Assembly (NCBI GenBank): GCA_041611735.1
Contig: JBFIML010000007.1
Coordinates: forward strand, 55,997 to 119,996
Reading direction: 5' to 3'
Source of the DNA: Myxococcota bacterium
GTDB taxonomy: Bacteria > Myxococcota_A > UBA9160 > PR03
Length of the DNA stretch: 64,000 bases
Each line of letters starts with the position of its first letter. The first letter of the stretch is position 1. Under the pieces are notes generated by a model. That model was not told where the DNA came from. It was given only the letters and a program-made list of their open reading frames with translations, and did not search any database. Shown here in pieces: positions 25,004 to 34,286 of the stretch. Both the position numbers and the translations under genes were made by a program.

Positions 25004-25056
25004 ATATAGATGCTGATCGATATATATTCGCTGAACATATAGACATGGGTCGATAT
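25004..25056. promoter_or_regulatory. Two tandem ArsR-type operator inverted repeats, ATATAGA-N6-TCGATAT
   Basis: Copies at 25004-25023 and 25037-25056, in an AT-rich patch between the divergent peptidase and ArsR genes. Confidence 0.75.
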
Positions 25057-25435
25057 GTTGCCTAGGCTGCTGCGCATGCCGCGGCAGAAGCCGGAGGCCG
25101 CCGCCAGCGCCCTGCTCCCGGTGGAGGCCTGGCGCGCCCGGGAGCGCGAACGGCTGCTGGCGGCCTTCCAGGCCCTGGCGGATCCGACCCGGCTCGAGAT
25201 CCTGCGCCTGCTGGCGGGGCAGCGGACGGCGGTGTGCGCCGGCGACCTGGTGGAGCGGATCGGCTCCAGCCAGCCCACCGTCTCCCACCACCTCCGCATC
25301 CTGCGCGAGGCCGGGCTCGTGACGGTGTCGAGAGCCGGGATCTGGCGGCTCTACGAGGCGCGTCCCGACGCCGCGGTGCTGCTGGCCGCGGCCCGGACCG
25401 CTACCGCCCGGCCTCCCGGAAGTCGGCGGGGCTAG
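25055..25435 (+). CDS. ArsR/SmtB family transcriptional repressor
   Basis: FQALADPTRLEIL, VCAGDL, SQPTVSHHLRILREAGLV and winged-helix beta hairpin; alternative start at 25076. Confidence 0.9.
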   Translation: MLPRLLRMPRQKPEAAASALLPVEAWRARERERLLAAFQALADPTRLEILRLLAGQRTAVCAGDLVERIGSSQPTVSHHLRILREAGLVTVSRAGIWRLYEARPDAAVLLAAARTATARPPGSRRG

Positions 25436-26682
25436 CCGCCCTGCCCTGGGCGGGGCGGAGCGGGAGGTGGCAGCAGCCAGGGCAGCAGCGCGGTCAGCAG
25501 GAGCGCCAGGGCTCCTCCCGCCAGGTAGGGAGCGCTCGACCCGAGGCGCTCCAGCAACACGCCGGCCAGCAGGTTCGAGGCGATGCCTCCGATCCCGATG
25601 CCGAGCATGCCCAGCAATCCCTGGGCGGTGGCTCGCAGCTGGGGCGGCACCACCCGCTCCACGTAGAGCGGCAGGCCGAGCACCAGGGCGGCCACGGTGA
25701 CGGCGTGCAGGGCCTGGGCGGCATAGAAGACCGGCATGGCGTCCACCAGACTGCACAGCGTCCAGCGCAGCCCGCCGGCCCCGAGCCCCACCGCCAGGAG
25801 CCGGCGGGGACCCAGGCGTGCGAGCCCCTGGCCGAGGAAGGCCACCAGCAGGATCTCTGGCAGGAGCATGACGACCCACAGGTCGCGCACGGTCTCCAGA
25901 TCGCCACCTCGGGAGCGGACGAGGATCGGGAAGAGCTCGATGGGCGCCTGTAGCGCCAGATAGCTGGCGAAGCCGAGCAGGACGGCGCGCCGGAAGGGCC
26001 GGTGGTCCAAAAGCTGCCTCCATTCCCCGGGCGCGGCCCGCAAGGCCACGGCACCCCGGTTCGGCACCCAGAGGGCAGCGACGGCCGCTGCGGCGAGCAA
26101 CCACGCGGCGACCGGGAAGATCAGTCCGAGCCCTGGCTCCTGGGCGGTCACCGCCGCCGGTGCCCGCCCAGGGGCCGCCGGGTGCCGGTCCAGGAGCCAG
26201 GGAAAAGCGAGCATGGCGGCCAGGAACCCGACCGTTCCCCAGACGCGCACCCAGCCAAAAGCGTGCCGGTGTCCGGGAAAGGCGGCGAGGCTCGTCGCGA
26301 CGGTCATGGGAATGATCGAGCGGCGGAACACGTCGAGCAGGACGGCGGCGCCCATCAGCGCCAGGAAGCCCGTGGCTCGCGCCAGGATCAGGTGCCCGAG
26401 CGCCGCCCCCACCGCCAGCACCACCAGGATGCGGGCACGCAGCCCGGCGCGGTCTGCCACGACGCCCCACAGCGGCTGCGCCAGGAGCCCGGCCGCCTGC
26501 ATGGCGGCCAGCAGCACACCCACCTGGATGCCGGAGAGGCCCGCGTTCTCGCGCAGGTAGAGCGTGTAGTAGGGCAGGAAGACACCGAGAGCGCCGAGCG
26601 CCAGGAACCAGAATGCAGCAAGGGGAACCCCTCGCCGCGCCCAGGAGTCCCCCCCCGGTGCGGCGGCTTCGTTGGGCTGCAT
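25432..26682 (-). CDS. MFS transporter (MFS_1-like, HcaT/nucleoside-symporter-like)
   Basis: About 12 TM helices; FLPYYTLYL, QPLWGVVADR, FGWVRVWGTVGF and LRATAQG. Confidence 0.82.
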   Translation of the reverse strand: MQPNEAAAPGGDSWARRGVPLAAFWFLALGALGVFLPYYTLYLRENAGLSGIQVGVLLAAMQAAGLLAQPLWGVVADRAGLRARILVVLAVGAALGHLILARATGFLALMGAAVLLDVFRRSIIPMTVATSLAAFPGHRHAFGWVRVWGTVGFLAAMLAFPWLLDRHPAAPGRAPAAVTAQEPGLGLIFPVAAWLLAAAAVAALWVPNRGAVALRAAPGEWRQLLDHRPFRRAVLLGFASYLALQAPIELFPILVRSRGGDLETVRDLWVVMLLPEILLVAFLGQGLARLGPRRLLAVGLGAGGLRWTLCSLVDAMPVFYAAQALHAVTVAALVLGLPLYVERVVPPQLRATAQGLLGMLGIGIGGIASNLLAGVLLERLGSSAPYLAGGALALLLTALLPWLLPPPAPPRPGQGG

Positions 26683-26750
26683 CTGGCTGGATATACTCGC
26701 TGGCCGCTTCGGGGGCACGGGCACCCCGAGCGAACCGGAGACCCGCAGGC

Positions 26751-27638
26751 ATGTGGCCGCGTCGCAGCCGTTCCCGGGAGCTCGAGGACGTGAGAAGGCG
26801 CTTCGCCGAGGAGTTGCGCAAGCACCACGATCTGCGCTCCGAAGCCCTGGTGCGGGCCTTCGCGGCGGTGCCGCGCGAGCGCTTCCTCGGGCGCGGTCCC
26901 TGGCTGCTGCTGGCCGGCGCCGAGGGCTATACCTCGTCCACCGACGCGGACCCCGCCCACCTGTACCAGGACTGCGCGGTCGCCATCGATGCGCCCCGCG
27001 TACTCAACAACGGCCAGCCGGGTCTCCTCGCCATGGTGATGGATGCCCTGGAGCTGACTCCCGGAACCCGGGTGGTGCACGTGGGCTGTGGCACCGGCTA
27101 CTACACCGCGATCCTTGCCGAACTGGTGGGCCGGCGCGGCCGCGTGGTCGCCCTCGAGCTCGATCCCGAGATCGCCGTCCGCGCCCGGCGCAACCTGCGG
27201 GGCCTGCCCCAGGTGGAAGTGGTCGCGGCGGACGCGCTGGAACACGACCCGGGCCCCACCGACGCCATCCTGGTGAATGCCGGCATGACCCACCCCCATC
27301 CGCTCTGGCTCGACCGGCTGCGCCCGAATGGCCGGCTCGCCCTGCCGCTCACGGCCGTGCGCCCGCCGGCGCCCGCGGTCCGCTTCGTGCGCAACCACGC
27401 CGGCCAGGTCCTGCTGGTGACGCGGCGGACCGCCGGCTTCGAGGCCCGCTTCGTGACCCGGGTCGGCATCCCGGCCCTGTTCGGCGGACGCGACCCGGAG
27501 AACCAGCGTCGCCTGGCGCAGGCCTACGCGCGGGGGGGCGGGCAGGAGGTGCGTTCCCTGCGTCGCGGCGAGCATGGTCCGGAGCCGAGCTGCTGGTGCC
27601 ATGCCCGGGGCTTCTGCCTCTCGCTCCGAAACGTTTGA
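26751..27638 (+). CDS. Protein-L-isoaspartate O-methyltransferase family protein
   Basis: AF.AVPRE.F, LYQD, LNNGQP, VHVGCGTGYYTAILAELVG and GRL.LP. Confidence 0.85.
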   Translation: MWPRRSRSRELEDVRRRFAEELRKHHDLRSEALVRAFAAVPRERFLGRGPWLLLAGAEGYTSSTDADPAHLYQDCAVAIDAPRVLNNGQPGLLAMVMDALELTPGTRVVHVGCGTGYYTAILAELVGRRGRVVALELDPEIAVRARRNLRGLPQVEVVAADALEHDPGPTDAILVNAGMTHPHPLWLDRLRPNGRLALPLTAVRPPAPAVRFVRNHAGQVLLVTRRTAGFEARFVTRVGIPALFGGRDPENQRRLAQAYARGGGQEVRSLRRGEHGPEPSCWCHARGFCLSLRNV

Positions 27639-27686
27639 CGGTCGGCGCGGAGCGCGCCTACCCTCCCCCACGGGATCCGACACCGC

Positions 27687-30245
27687 ATGAATCCCTCGGC
27701 GACCCTCCGTCTGCGCCAGGGAACGGCCGCTCTCGCGGTCGCCTGGGCGGGGGCGGCCCTGGCGCTCTCCCTCTCCGCCCAAGTGCTGAGCTCGCCCGCC
27801 TTGCACGAGCCGCTGCGCACCACCGTCCTGGCCGGCGACGTGAACGTCTACCGGGCGTCCCCGCAAGCGGCCGCCGCCGGGGTGGAGCGGGGCGATCGCC
27901 TGCTGGCGGTGGACGGCGTGCCGGTGCTGCGCTGGCTGCGCACGGCCGAGTCCGAGCGGCTGCGGCCTGGAATCCCGAACACCTACCGCATCGAGAAACG
28001 GGATGGGCCGGTGCTCGAGCTGGCATTGCGGCCCGAGCCGGCGCCGACCGTTCCGACCCTGGCCCTGCCCCTCTACCTGGCCCTGCTCGCCGTCGGACTC
28101 GCGTACCTGCTGGTGGGGATCGTCGTGTGGCGCCTGCGTCCCGCCCGCGCCGACTCCCACGCCCTGCTGCTCTTCTGCGCGGCCATGGCAGCCCAGCTCT
28201 TCTCGAGCGTGGAGAGCTACCGGGCCTGGTACGGGCCCGAGCGGCTGCTGGTGAACCTGCCCTTCCTCGGCGCCACCATCTTCCATCTGTTCACGATCCA
28301 CCCCTTCGAGCCACCGTGGGTGGTGCGGCATCCTCGCGTACGTTGGTTGCCCTACGCCGGCGCGGCGCTGCTCGGGCTCGGAGTCCTGTCGGCGAACCGG
28401 GCCGGCCTTTCCATGGCCTTCACCTCCCAGGTCAACTTCCACTACGCCATGACGCTGGCCGTCGGCAGCTTCGCCGTGCTGCTGCGCGAGAGGCATCGCC
28501 ATCGGGAGGGGGAGCTGGCGGCGCGGGCCGACGTGGTGGTGCTCGGAGCCTGCCTGAGCTTCCTGCCCGTGATCGTGCTTTTGCTGCTCCAGATCTTCGC
28601 TCGGGTCGCCTTTCCCATCGAGCTCGCCCTGATCTGGTGCGCCCTCTTCCCCGTGGCCATGGCCTGGGGAATCGTGCGCCGCCAGCTGTTCGACATCCGC
28701 ATGGTGGCACGCTCGTCGGTGGCATACGGCGCGGCGACGCTCTTCATCACGGGCCTGTTCGCCCTGCTGATCACCTTCGCCGAAGCCGCTTTCGTGCGCT
28801 TCAACGTGAACGCCCGCTCACCCTGGTTCTCGGTGGTCTTCCTGTTCCTGGCGATCCTGGCCTTCAATCCGCTGCGGGTCTGGCTCCAGGGCTTCGTGGA
28901 CCGCGTCTTCGACCGCGACCGGCTCGCCTACCGCCAGGCCGTACGCGAGATCTCCGAAGCCATGGTCTCGATGCTCTCGATCCGCGAGATCGTGGACCGG
29001 ATCCTGACCGCTCTCACGGACACCATGGGGGTCGAGCGCGCCATGGTGATGCTGCTCCACGAGACCGACGCGACGCTCCGGCCGGAGTCCTGGCGCGGCA
29101 CCTGGGACCCCGACGCCCTGGCCCTCGAGCTCCCGGCCCACCACCCCGTGGCCAAACGTCTCTGGATGCGGCGCGAGGAGCTGTCCCGGACCGACTTCGA
29201 CGAGGAGACGGACCCGGAGGTACGCGAGGTCTGCCGCGAGGTATTCGACCGCCTGGAGGTGGAGCTGCTCGTCCCGATCCTGTTCGGTGTGGACGTGCTC
29301 GGCGTGATCGCGGTCGGCCGCAAGCTAGCCGGCGAGCGGCTCGGCGCCGACGACCGCCAGCTCCTGCGCACCCTCGCCAACCAGAGCGCCATCGCGATCG
29401 AGAACGCCCGGGCCTTCGACGAGATCGCTCAGCTCAACGAGACCCTGGAGGCCCGCGTGGAGGAGCGGACTCGCGAGCTGCGCGAGACCCAGGACCAGCT
29501 CGTCCACAGCGAGAAGATCAAGTCCCTGGGCCAGCTCGTGGCGGGGATCGCCCACGAACTGAACAACCCGATCGGGTTCGTGCACGCCAACCTGAAGCTG
29601 CTCGACGAGTACGTGCAGCGCCTGCTGGACGAGCGCGCGCGCGGTGCGGACACCACCCGCACCCGCCGCGCGATCGAGCGGCTGCTCTCCCGCAGCCGCG
29701 AGGGGACGGAGCGGGTCAAGAAGATCGTGGAAGACCTGCGGGTCTTCTCCCGCGCCGACCACGCGGAGCTCCAGGAGGCGAACCTCAATCGCGAGATCGA
29801 CCGGACGCTCACGCTGATGGAGCCACGCCTGAAGGACGGGATCCGGGTGGTCCGCGACTACAGCCCGCTGCCGACCGTGCGCTGCCACCCGGGCCAGCTC
29901 GCTCAGGTGTTCATGAACCTGGTCATGAACGCCTGCGACGCCATGGGACGTCAGGGCGAGATCCGCGTGCGCACCGGCAAGACCGCCTGGGGGGTGCGGC
30001 TCGAGTTCGAAGACGACGGGCCCGGCATCCCGCCGGAGGCGCGAAGCCGGATCTTCGACCCCTTCTTCACCACCAAGCCGGTGGGCCAGGGGACGGGCCT
30101 CGGCCTCTCCCTCTCCCACGGCATCGTGGAGCGGCATGGGGGCCGCATCCGGGTGGAGGACGCAGCGTCCGGGGGAGCGCGCTTCGTGGTGGAGCTGCCG
30201 CTCGAAGCGCCCGAGGAGGAGGCGCCGCCCGCAGCCGCGGGCTAG
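27687..30245 (+). CDS. Membrane sensor histidine kinase (PDZ-like, multi-TM, GAF, HisKA, HATPase)
   Basis: GVERGDRLLAVDG PDZ-like segment; TM bundle; GAF ending LANQSAIAIENA; AHELNNP H-box; N, D (DDGPG), F and G boxes. Confidence 0.92.
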   Translation: MNPSATLRLRQGTAALAVAWAGAALALSLSAQVLSSPALHEPLRTTVLAGDVNVYRASPQAAAAGVERGDRLLAVDGVPVLRWLRTAESERLRPGIPNTYRIEKRDGPVLELALRPEPAPTVPTLALPLYLALLAVGLAYLLVGIVVWRLRPARADSHALLLFCAAMAAQLFSSVESYRAWYGPERLLVNLPFLGATIFHLFTIHPFEPPWVVRHPRVRWLPYAGAALLGLGVLSANRAGLSMAFTSQVNFHYAMTLAVGSFAVLLRERHRHREGELAARADVVVLGACLSFLPVIVLLLLQIFARVAFPIELALIWCALFPVAMAWGIVRRQLFDIRMVARSSVAYGAATLFITGLFALLITFAEAAFVRFNVNARSPWFSVVFLFLAILAFNPLRVWLQGFVDRVFDRDRLAYRQAVREISEAMVSMLSIREIVDRILTALTDTMGVERAMVMLLHETDATLRPESWRGTWDPDALALELPAHHPVAKRLWMRREELSRTDFDEETDPEVREVCREVFDRLEVELLVPILFGVDVLGVIAVGRKLAGERLGADDRQLLRTLANQSAIAIENARAFDEIAQLNETLEARVEERTRELRETQDQLVHSEKIKSLGQLVAGIAHELNNPIGFVHANLKLLDEYVQRLLDERARGADTTRTRRAIERLLSRSREGTERVKKIVEDLRVFSRADHAELQEANLNREIDRTLTLMEPRLKDGIRVVRDYSPLPTVRCHPGQLAQVFMNLVMNACDAMGRQGEIRVRTGKTAWGVRLEFEDDGPGIPPEARSRIFDPFFTTKPVGQGTGLGLSLSHGIVERHGGRIRVEDAASGGARFVVELPLEAPEEEAPPAAAG

Positions 30246-30255
30246 TCGCTCGGAC

Positions 30256-30699
30256 CTAGCCCCGCGGGCCGGGGACCGGCTCGCTGCGCACCTGGATCGC
30301 GCGCAAGAAGTCGACCAGGAGCTGGATCTCCGCGGCCACGGCGATCTCGCGCTGGCCGCGCGCGCCGATCTTCTCGGCCAGCACGCGGCCCCAGACCGGC
30401 ATGTCGCGCGGGCCGTGGGCCGCCACGTCCCGGCGCCCGTCGATGTACTCGGCGATCTCCCCGGCCGGGAAGATGCCGCTCCGCCGCGCGGCGATGCGGG
30501 TCAGGTCCGCGGGCCGCGTATTGAGGGCCGACGCCACGGGCCCGTTGCCGGTTCCGTCCCCGCCGTGACACGAGGCGCAGTAGAAGCCGAAGAGCTCCCG
30601 GCCCGGCGTTGCGCCGGCGCCCTCGCCATGGGAGTCCGCGGCGGCGGCCCCGCCCGCGAGCGCCGCAGCCACCGCCAGCCCGATCCATCGACTCGGCAT
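30256..30699 (-). CDS. Monoheme c-type cytochrome
   Basis: Signal peptide, CASCHG..G.G.GP, PADLT and HG.RDMPVWG. Confidence 0.88.
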   Translation of the reverse strand: MPSRWIGLAVAAALAGGAAAADSHGEGAGATPGRELFGFYCASCHGGDGTGNGPVASALNTRPADLTRIAARRSGIFPAGEIAEYIDGRRDVAAHGPRDMPVWGRVLAEKIGARGQREIAVAAEIQLLVDFLRAIQVRSEPVPGPRG

Positions 30700-30958
30700 C
30701 GGCGTCCCCCCTTCCGCCTCCGAAGGCGCCCAAGCTAGCGAACGCCGCGGCGGTGGGGCCCGTCCCCCGGGGCAGAGCCGGCCGGCCCGAAGATTCCCTG
30801 CTTGCGCCGACCCGCCGGGTTGTACAATCCGGGCGCGCTCCCGGTCGGACGTCGAGCCGTTGCGGCGAGGGCGTCCCCTTCGGTCTAGACCTGGGCCGTA
30901 CGAGGGTCCACACATTCCGATCGCTTCGGCCTGTTTGCGAGGGTCGCGGGCGGTGCGC

Positions 30959-31798
30959 GTGAAGGCGCAGGGCGGCGCTTTGCCGCGGCGGCGGCCCCTG
31001 CGCCGCGCTGCCGCGGCCTTCGGGATCCTCGTCTGCTGCACCCAGTCCAACTTCGGCAACCCCAACTACGTGCCCAACGTTCCGGACCCGCCGTATGCGC
31101 CGGGCGCCGGGCCCGTGGTCTGGTTCGACGCCTGGCACGACAACGCCCATCGTCTGGACGCGACCTACCGGCCCTTCGCCCGCCTGCTGGAGGCCGCCGG
31201 CTACCGCCCCCAGATCTTGCGCGCTCCTCTGGACGCCGCTCAGCTCCAGGGTGGCCTCCTGGTGCTGGTCCTGCCCCGCACACCGCTCTCCACCGCGGAG
31301 ATCGCCGAGGCGGAGAGCTACGTGGCAGCGGGAGGCGGGTTGATGCTGGTGACCGATCACCCGAATTTCCCGGTGCAGGTGCAGCCCCTGGGGTTCGTGC
31401 TGGGCATCGACTTCGTGAACGTGGGCGTCGCAAACGCCCTGTCTCCGTACCGGCGCTTCCTGATCACGCCGGCGGCGCACTTCACGAGCTCCGGGATCCC
31501 CTTGGTGAAGACCTACGACGGCTCGGCGGTGACCTCCTTTCCCGGCGCCGCCGCGACCACCGTCCTGCCCTTCGGTGTCGAAGCCGTGGACGACGCCGGC
31601 CAGAGCCTGGCCGGTCTCGGCCGCAGCGTGGCCGTGCAGCACGGCCTGGGGCGCGTCTACGCCGCGGCCGATGCCCAGATGTTCAGCTCCATCTGCTTCC
31701 TGAGCTGCAACAACGTGAGCGGGTTCGGTGACGAAGGTGCGGAGCACAACGAGGCCCACCTGCTCCGCGTCATGCGCTGGCTGGAGGGCGAGGGGTAG
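30959..31798 (+). CDS. Exported GATase1-like/DUF4350-type protein
   Basis: VWFDAWHDN.H, Y.PFA.LL, GGGLMLVTDH and GLGRV.AAAD.MF; start estimated. Confidence 0.55.
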   Translation: MKAQGGALPRRRPLRRAAAAFGILVCCTQSNFGNPNYVPNVPDPPYAPGAGPVVWFDAWHDNAHRLDATYRPFARLLEAAGYRPQILRAPLDAAQLQGGLLVLVLPRTPLSTAEIAEAESYVAAGGGLMLVTDHPNFPVQVQPLGFVLGIDFVNVGVANALSPYRRFLITPAAHFTSSGIPLVKTYDGSAVTSFPGAAATTVLPFGVEAVDDAGQSLAGLGRSVAVQHGLGRVYAAADAQMFSSICFLSCNNVSGFGDEGAEHNEAHLLRVMRWLEGEG

Positions 31799-31832
31799 CG
31801 GCTGCGCTAGCCTCCCCGGTGGAGCCCGGGAA

Positions 31833-32183
31833 ATGAAGCGGCCGGCATCCCGACGACTGGCACTCTCGCTCCTGGCCGCGGCCGGCCTGGCCCTGGCGCC
31901 GGCCTTGGCCTCGGCGGGGTCGCGCGGTCACGGCAGCCATCTCGGGATGCGGAGCGCTCCCAAGCCCGGTTTCCACCTGCGAGCCCACCCGTCGCATGGG
32001 CACGGCTTCCACCACGCCGTGGTGCCGCGGCGCCATCGACCGCCCGCCGGTCTGCACCGCGTGGTTCCGCCGCCTCGTCACCTGCACCGTCGTCACCGGG
32101 GACCCGGCACCGTCGTCGTGATCGGGAACTCGGCCCGCACCATCTACGTCTCCGACGGGGTCGTGATCCTGCTGCTGGACTAG
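31833..32183 (+). CDS. Small secreted His/Arg/Pro-rich hypothetical protein
   Basis: MKRPASRRLALSLLAAAGLALAPALASA signal, His-rich middle and hydrophobic beta-type C-terminus; GGAG RBS. Confidence 0.5.
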   Translation: MKRPASRRLALSLLAAAGLALAPALASAGSRGHGSHLGMRSAPKPGFHLRAHPSHGHGFHHAVVPRRHRPPAGLHRVVPPPRHLHRRHRGPGTVVVIGNSARTIYVSDGVVILLLD

Positions 32184-32202
32184 GTGGGGCTGGCAACACC
32201 GG

Positions 32203-34152
32203 CTACCGGACGTAGCCGAGGGCGCGCAGCGCTCGTTCGGCCTCCGGGGATACGCGGGACGCGGGGCCGGAGCCCGCATCCAGGGCGGGAAGTCGGCCCC
32301 GCAAGCGCTCGGCGAGGGTTCGCTCCAGATCGAACCGATCGTGGCGCTCGTAGGGGTCGCCGGCGAGGCGGTAGACCTCGATTCCGCCCGCCTGCTCGAT
32401 CAGCTTCACATCCCCCTGGATCACGGCGCGCGCCGGCTCCGCCGTGAGGCGGCCGAAGTCCTCGACCTTGCGCACCCGATGGCCGAAGAACTCGATCTGC
32501 GCCTCCGGCTCGCCCGCGGCCGGGCGGCGCAGATCGCGGCCGATGCCCAGGGATTCCCCGCCGCCGACCGCGCCGAGCGTGGCCGCCACGTCGAGCAGGC
32601 TGACGGCTCCGGGCTCCGGGGGTAGGCGCACGCCGCGCGGGGGCTGGATGAGGAGAGGGATCTGCGTCACTTCTCCATAGACCGTGGTCCCGTGCTCGGT
32701 GACGCCGTGCTCCCCGAATGCCTCCCCGTGGTCGGAAGTGATGACGAGCCAGAGGTCGTCGAGCACCTTCCGTGCTCGCAGGGCATCGATCAGTTCGCCC
32801 AGGGCTGCGTCCAGGCCGAGAATCTCCTCGTCGTAGCGATCCACCAGCGCCTGCATCGTCTGCGGGTCGTGCCAGATCTTGGCCGGTCCGAGCTCCGTCG
32901 CCTCACCCGTCGCGAAGGTTCCCGCGTGGGGCGGCGCAGGAACGTAGGGCGCATGCGCCTCCATGTAGTTCGCAACCACGAAACACGGCGCCGGCTCACA
33001 GGCCGACAGGAAGCGCAGGACCCTCTCGTTGATGGCGCGGGCCGTCGGCATCCCGAACGCGTACTTGGCGTGCCACGAGGGGGTGAGGCGCTGGCGCAGC
33101 GTCTCGCCCAGCCCGGGCAGGGCCGCGGAGGCCAGCGGAGCCACGGTCCAGTCGAAGCCCCGCTCCAGGCCGGGCAGGTGAACCAGGGAGAAGTTCGCGA
33201 GGATCGCCGCGGTCCGGTAGCCCTGCGCTCGCAGCAGCTCCGCCAAGGTCCGCTTCGATCGCATCGGCCGCAGGCGCAACCCGTCACCCGCAAAGAGGGT
33301 CCCTTCGTGAAGGCCATGCTCGGAAGGCAGCGTGCCGGTGAAGAGCGAAGCGTGGGCCGGGAAGGTCCACGTCGCCGGGGAATGGGCCAGGGGATAGAGC
33401 ACCGCCCGGTCGCTGCGGGCCAGGAACTCGGTCAGGCGGGGTGTAGTCTGCCGCGCATAGCCGTACATCGGCAGGTGCTGCGCCCCCACCGTGTCCAGGA
33501 TCAGAAGCAGGATCGTCGCTGCCGTCTCCGCTCCGGGCGCCGCCCCGTAGCCGGGCATGTTGCGGTCCGGATGCCCGCGGCCCGTCCCGTAGCTGGCCGC
33601 CAGCAGGACCCCCAGCAGCAAACCCGCCAGGGCCGGCGTCCCGGGCATCCAGCGCCGCCGGGAACGAAGACCGCTCGCCGAGACCACTCCCAGACCGAGC
33701 AGCAGGTAGACCGCCGCGGGCACCAGACCCTGTCGCAGCAGCGGAGCACCCGGCAACGGCAGGTTCGGGGCCGCCGCGGGCCAGAAGACCAGGACGGCTG
33801 CGAGCGCGAAGCCGACGGCCACGGCGCGGGACACCACGCCGGCCGGGCGACGGTGGGACGCGACCAGCCCGGTGGCCGCCGCCATGCCGAGCCCCGCCCA
33901 CGGGTCGAGGGCCAGGGCCCCGTACAGACCGACCCATCCCGCCAGGGCCAGGCCAGGGGACAGCGAGAAGGTCGCCGCCAGCGCGGCCACGAGGCCAGCC
34001 GCGCCCAGCGCGAGCCCCGTGCAGAGCGCGACGTAGCCGGCATCGCGCTCGGGAATTCTTGCGCAGTAGTCCAGCAACTCCACAGCGGAAACGAGCGCCG
34101 CGGAGATGGGAACCGCCATCCACGGCGCAACCGTGCGGCGGCGCGGCATCAT
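32203..34152 (-). CDS. Membrane-anchored sulfatase-fold (alkaline phosphatase superfamily) protein with Thr at the nucleophile position
   Basis: N-terminal TM helices; LILDT, WTFPAHASLFTG, NYMEAHAPY, YDEEI, TSDHGE and EHG motifs. Confidence 0.8.
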   Translation of the reverse strand: MMPRRRTVAPWMAVPISAALVSAVELLDYCARIPERDAGYVALCTGLALGAAGLVAALAATFSLSPGLALAGWVGLYGALALDPWAGLGMAAATGLVASHRRPAGVVSRAVAVGFALAAVLVFWPAAAPNLPLPGAPLLRQGLVPAAVYLLLGLGVVSASGLRSRRRWMPGTPALAGLLLGVLLAASYGTGRGHPDRNMPGYGAAPGAETAATILLLILDTVGAQHLPMYGYARQTTPRLTEFLARSDRAVLYPLAHSPATWTFPAHASLFTGTLPSEHGLHEGTLFAGDGLRLRPMRSKRTLAELLRAQGYRTAAILANFSLVHLPGLERGFDWTVAPLASAALPGLGETLRQRLTPSWHAKYAFGMPTARAINERVLRFLSACEPAPCFVVANYMEAHAPYVPAPPHAGTFATGEATELGPAKIWHDPQTMQALVDRYDEEILGLDAALGELIDALRARKVLDDLWLVITSDHGEAFGEHGVTEHGTTVYGEVTQIPLLIQPPRGVRLPPEPGAVSLLDVAATLGAVGGGESLGIGRDLRRPAAGEPEAQIEFFGHRVRKVEDFGRLTAEPARAVIQGDVKLIEQAGGIEVYRLAGDPYERHDRFDLERTLAERLRGRLPALDAGSGPASRVSPEAERALRALGYVR

Positions 34153-34201
34153 GCGACCCGGTCGAGCGAGCTCCCGCGTCGGCGGGTGCCGCGCGGATTG
34201 C

Positions 34202-34230
34202 TTGCGTGGAGCAAGGCCCGCGGTGATACT
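34202..34230 (+). promoter_or_regulatory. Putative sigma-70-type promoter
   Basis: TTGCGT-N17-GATACT upstream of the 34287 gene. Confidence 0.35.
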
Positions 34231-34286
34231 CGCGCTCGTGATGTGCCCGGCTGGATGGGAGAGGCGCGGCTCACGCGAAAGCCTCG

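Noticed and set aside
24968-26821. 1592-aa version of the M28 peptidase
   Set aside because: The upstream extension overlaps ArsR and the MFS gene and is low-complexity. The signal peptide starts near 24967.
30800-30960. Possible structured RNA after TTGTACAAT, upstream of the DUF4350-type gene
   Set aside because: Some end-to-end pairing is possible, but no riboswitch or ncRNA consensus is recognisable and GC-rich DNA pairs by chance. An Infernal search would be needed.
32203-34152. Bona fide formylglycine sulfatase
   Set aside because: It has TxPxH rather than (C/S)xPxR, so it lacks the Cys/Ser residue that is converted to formylglycine.
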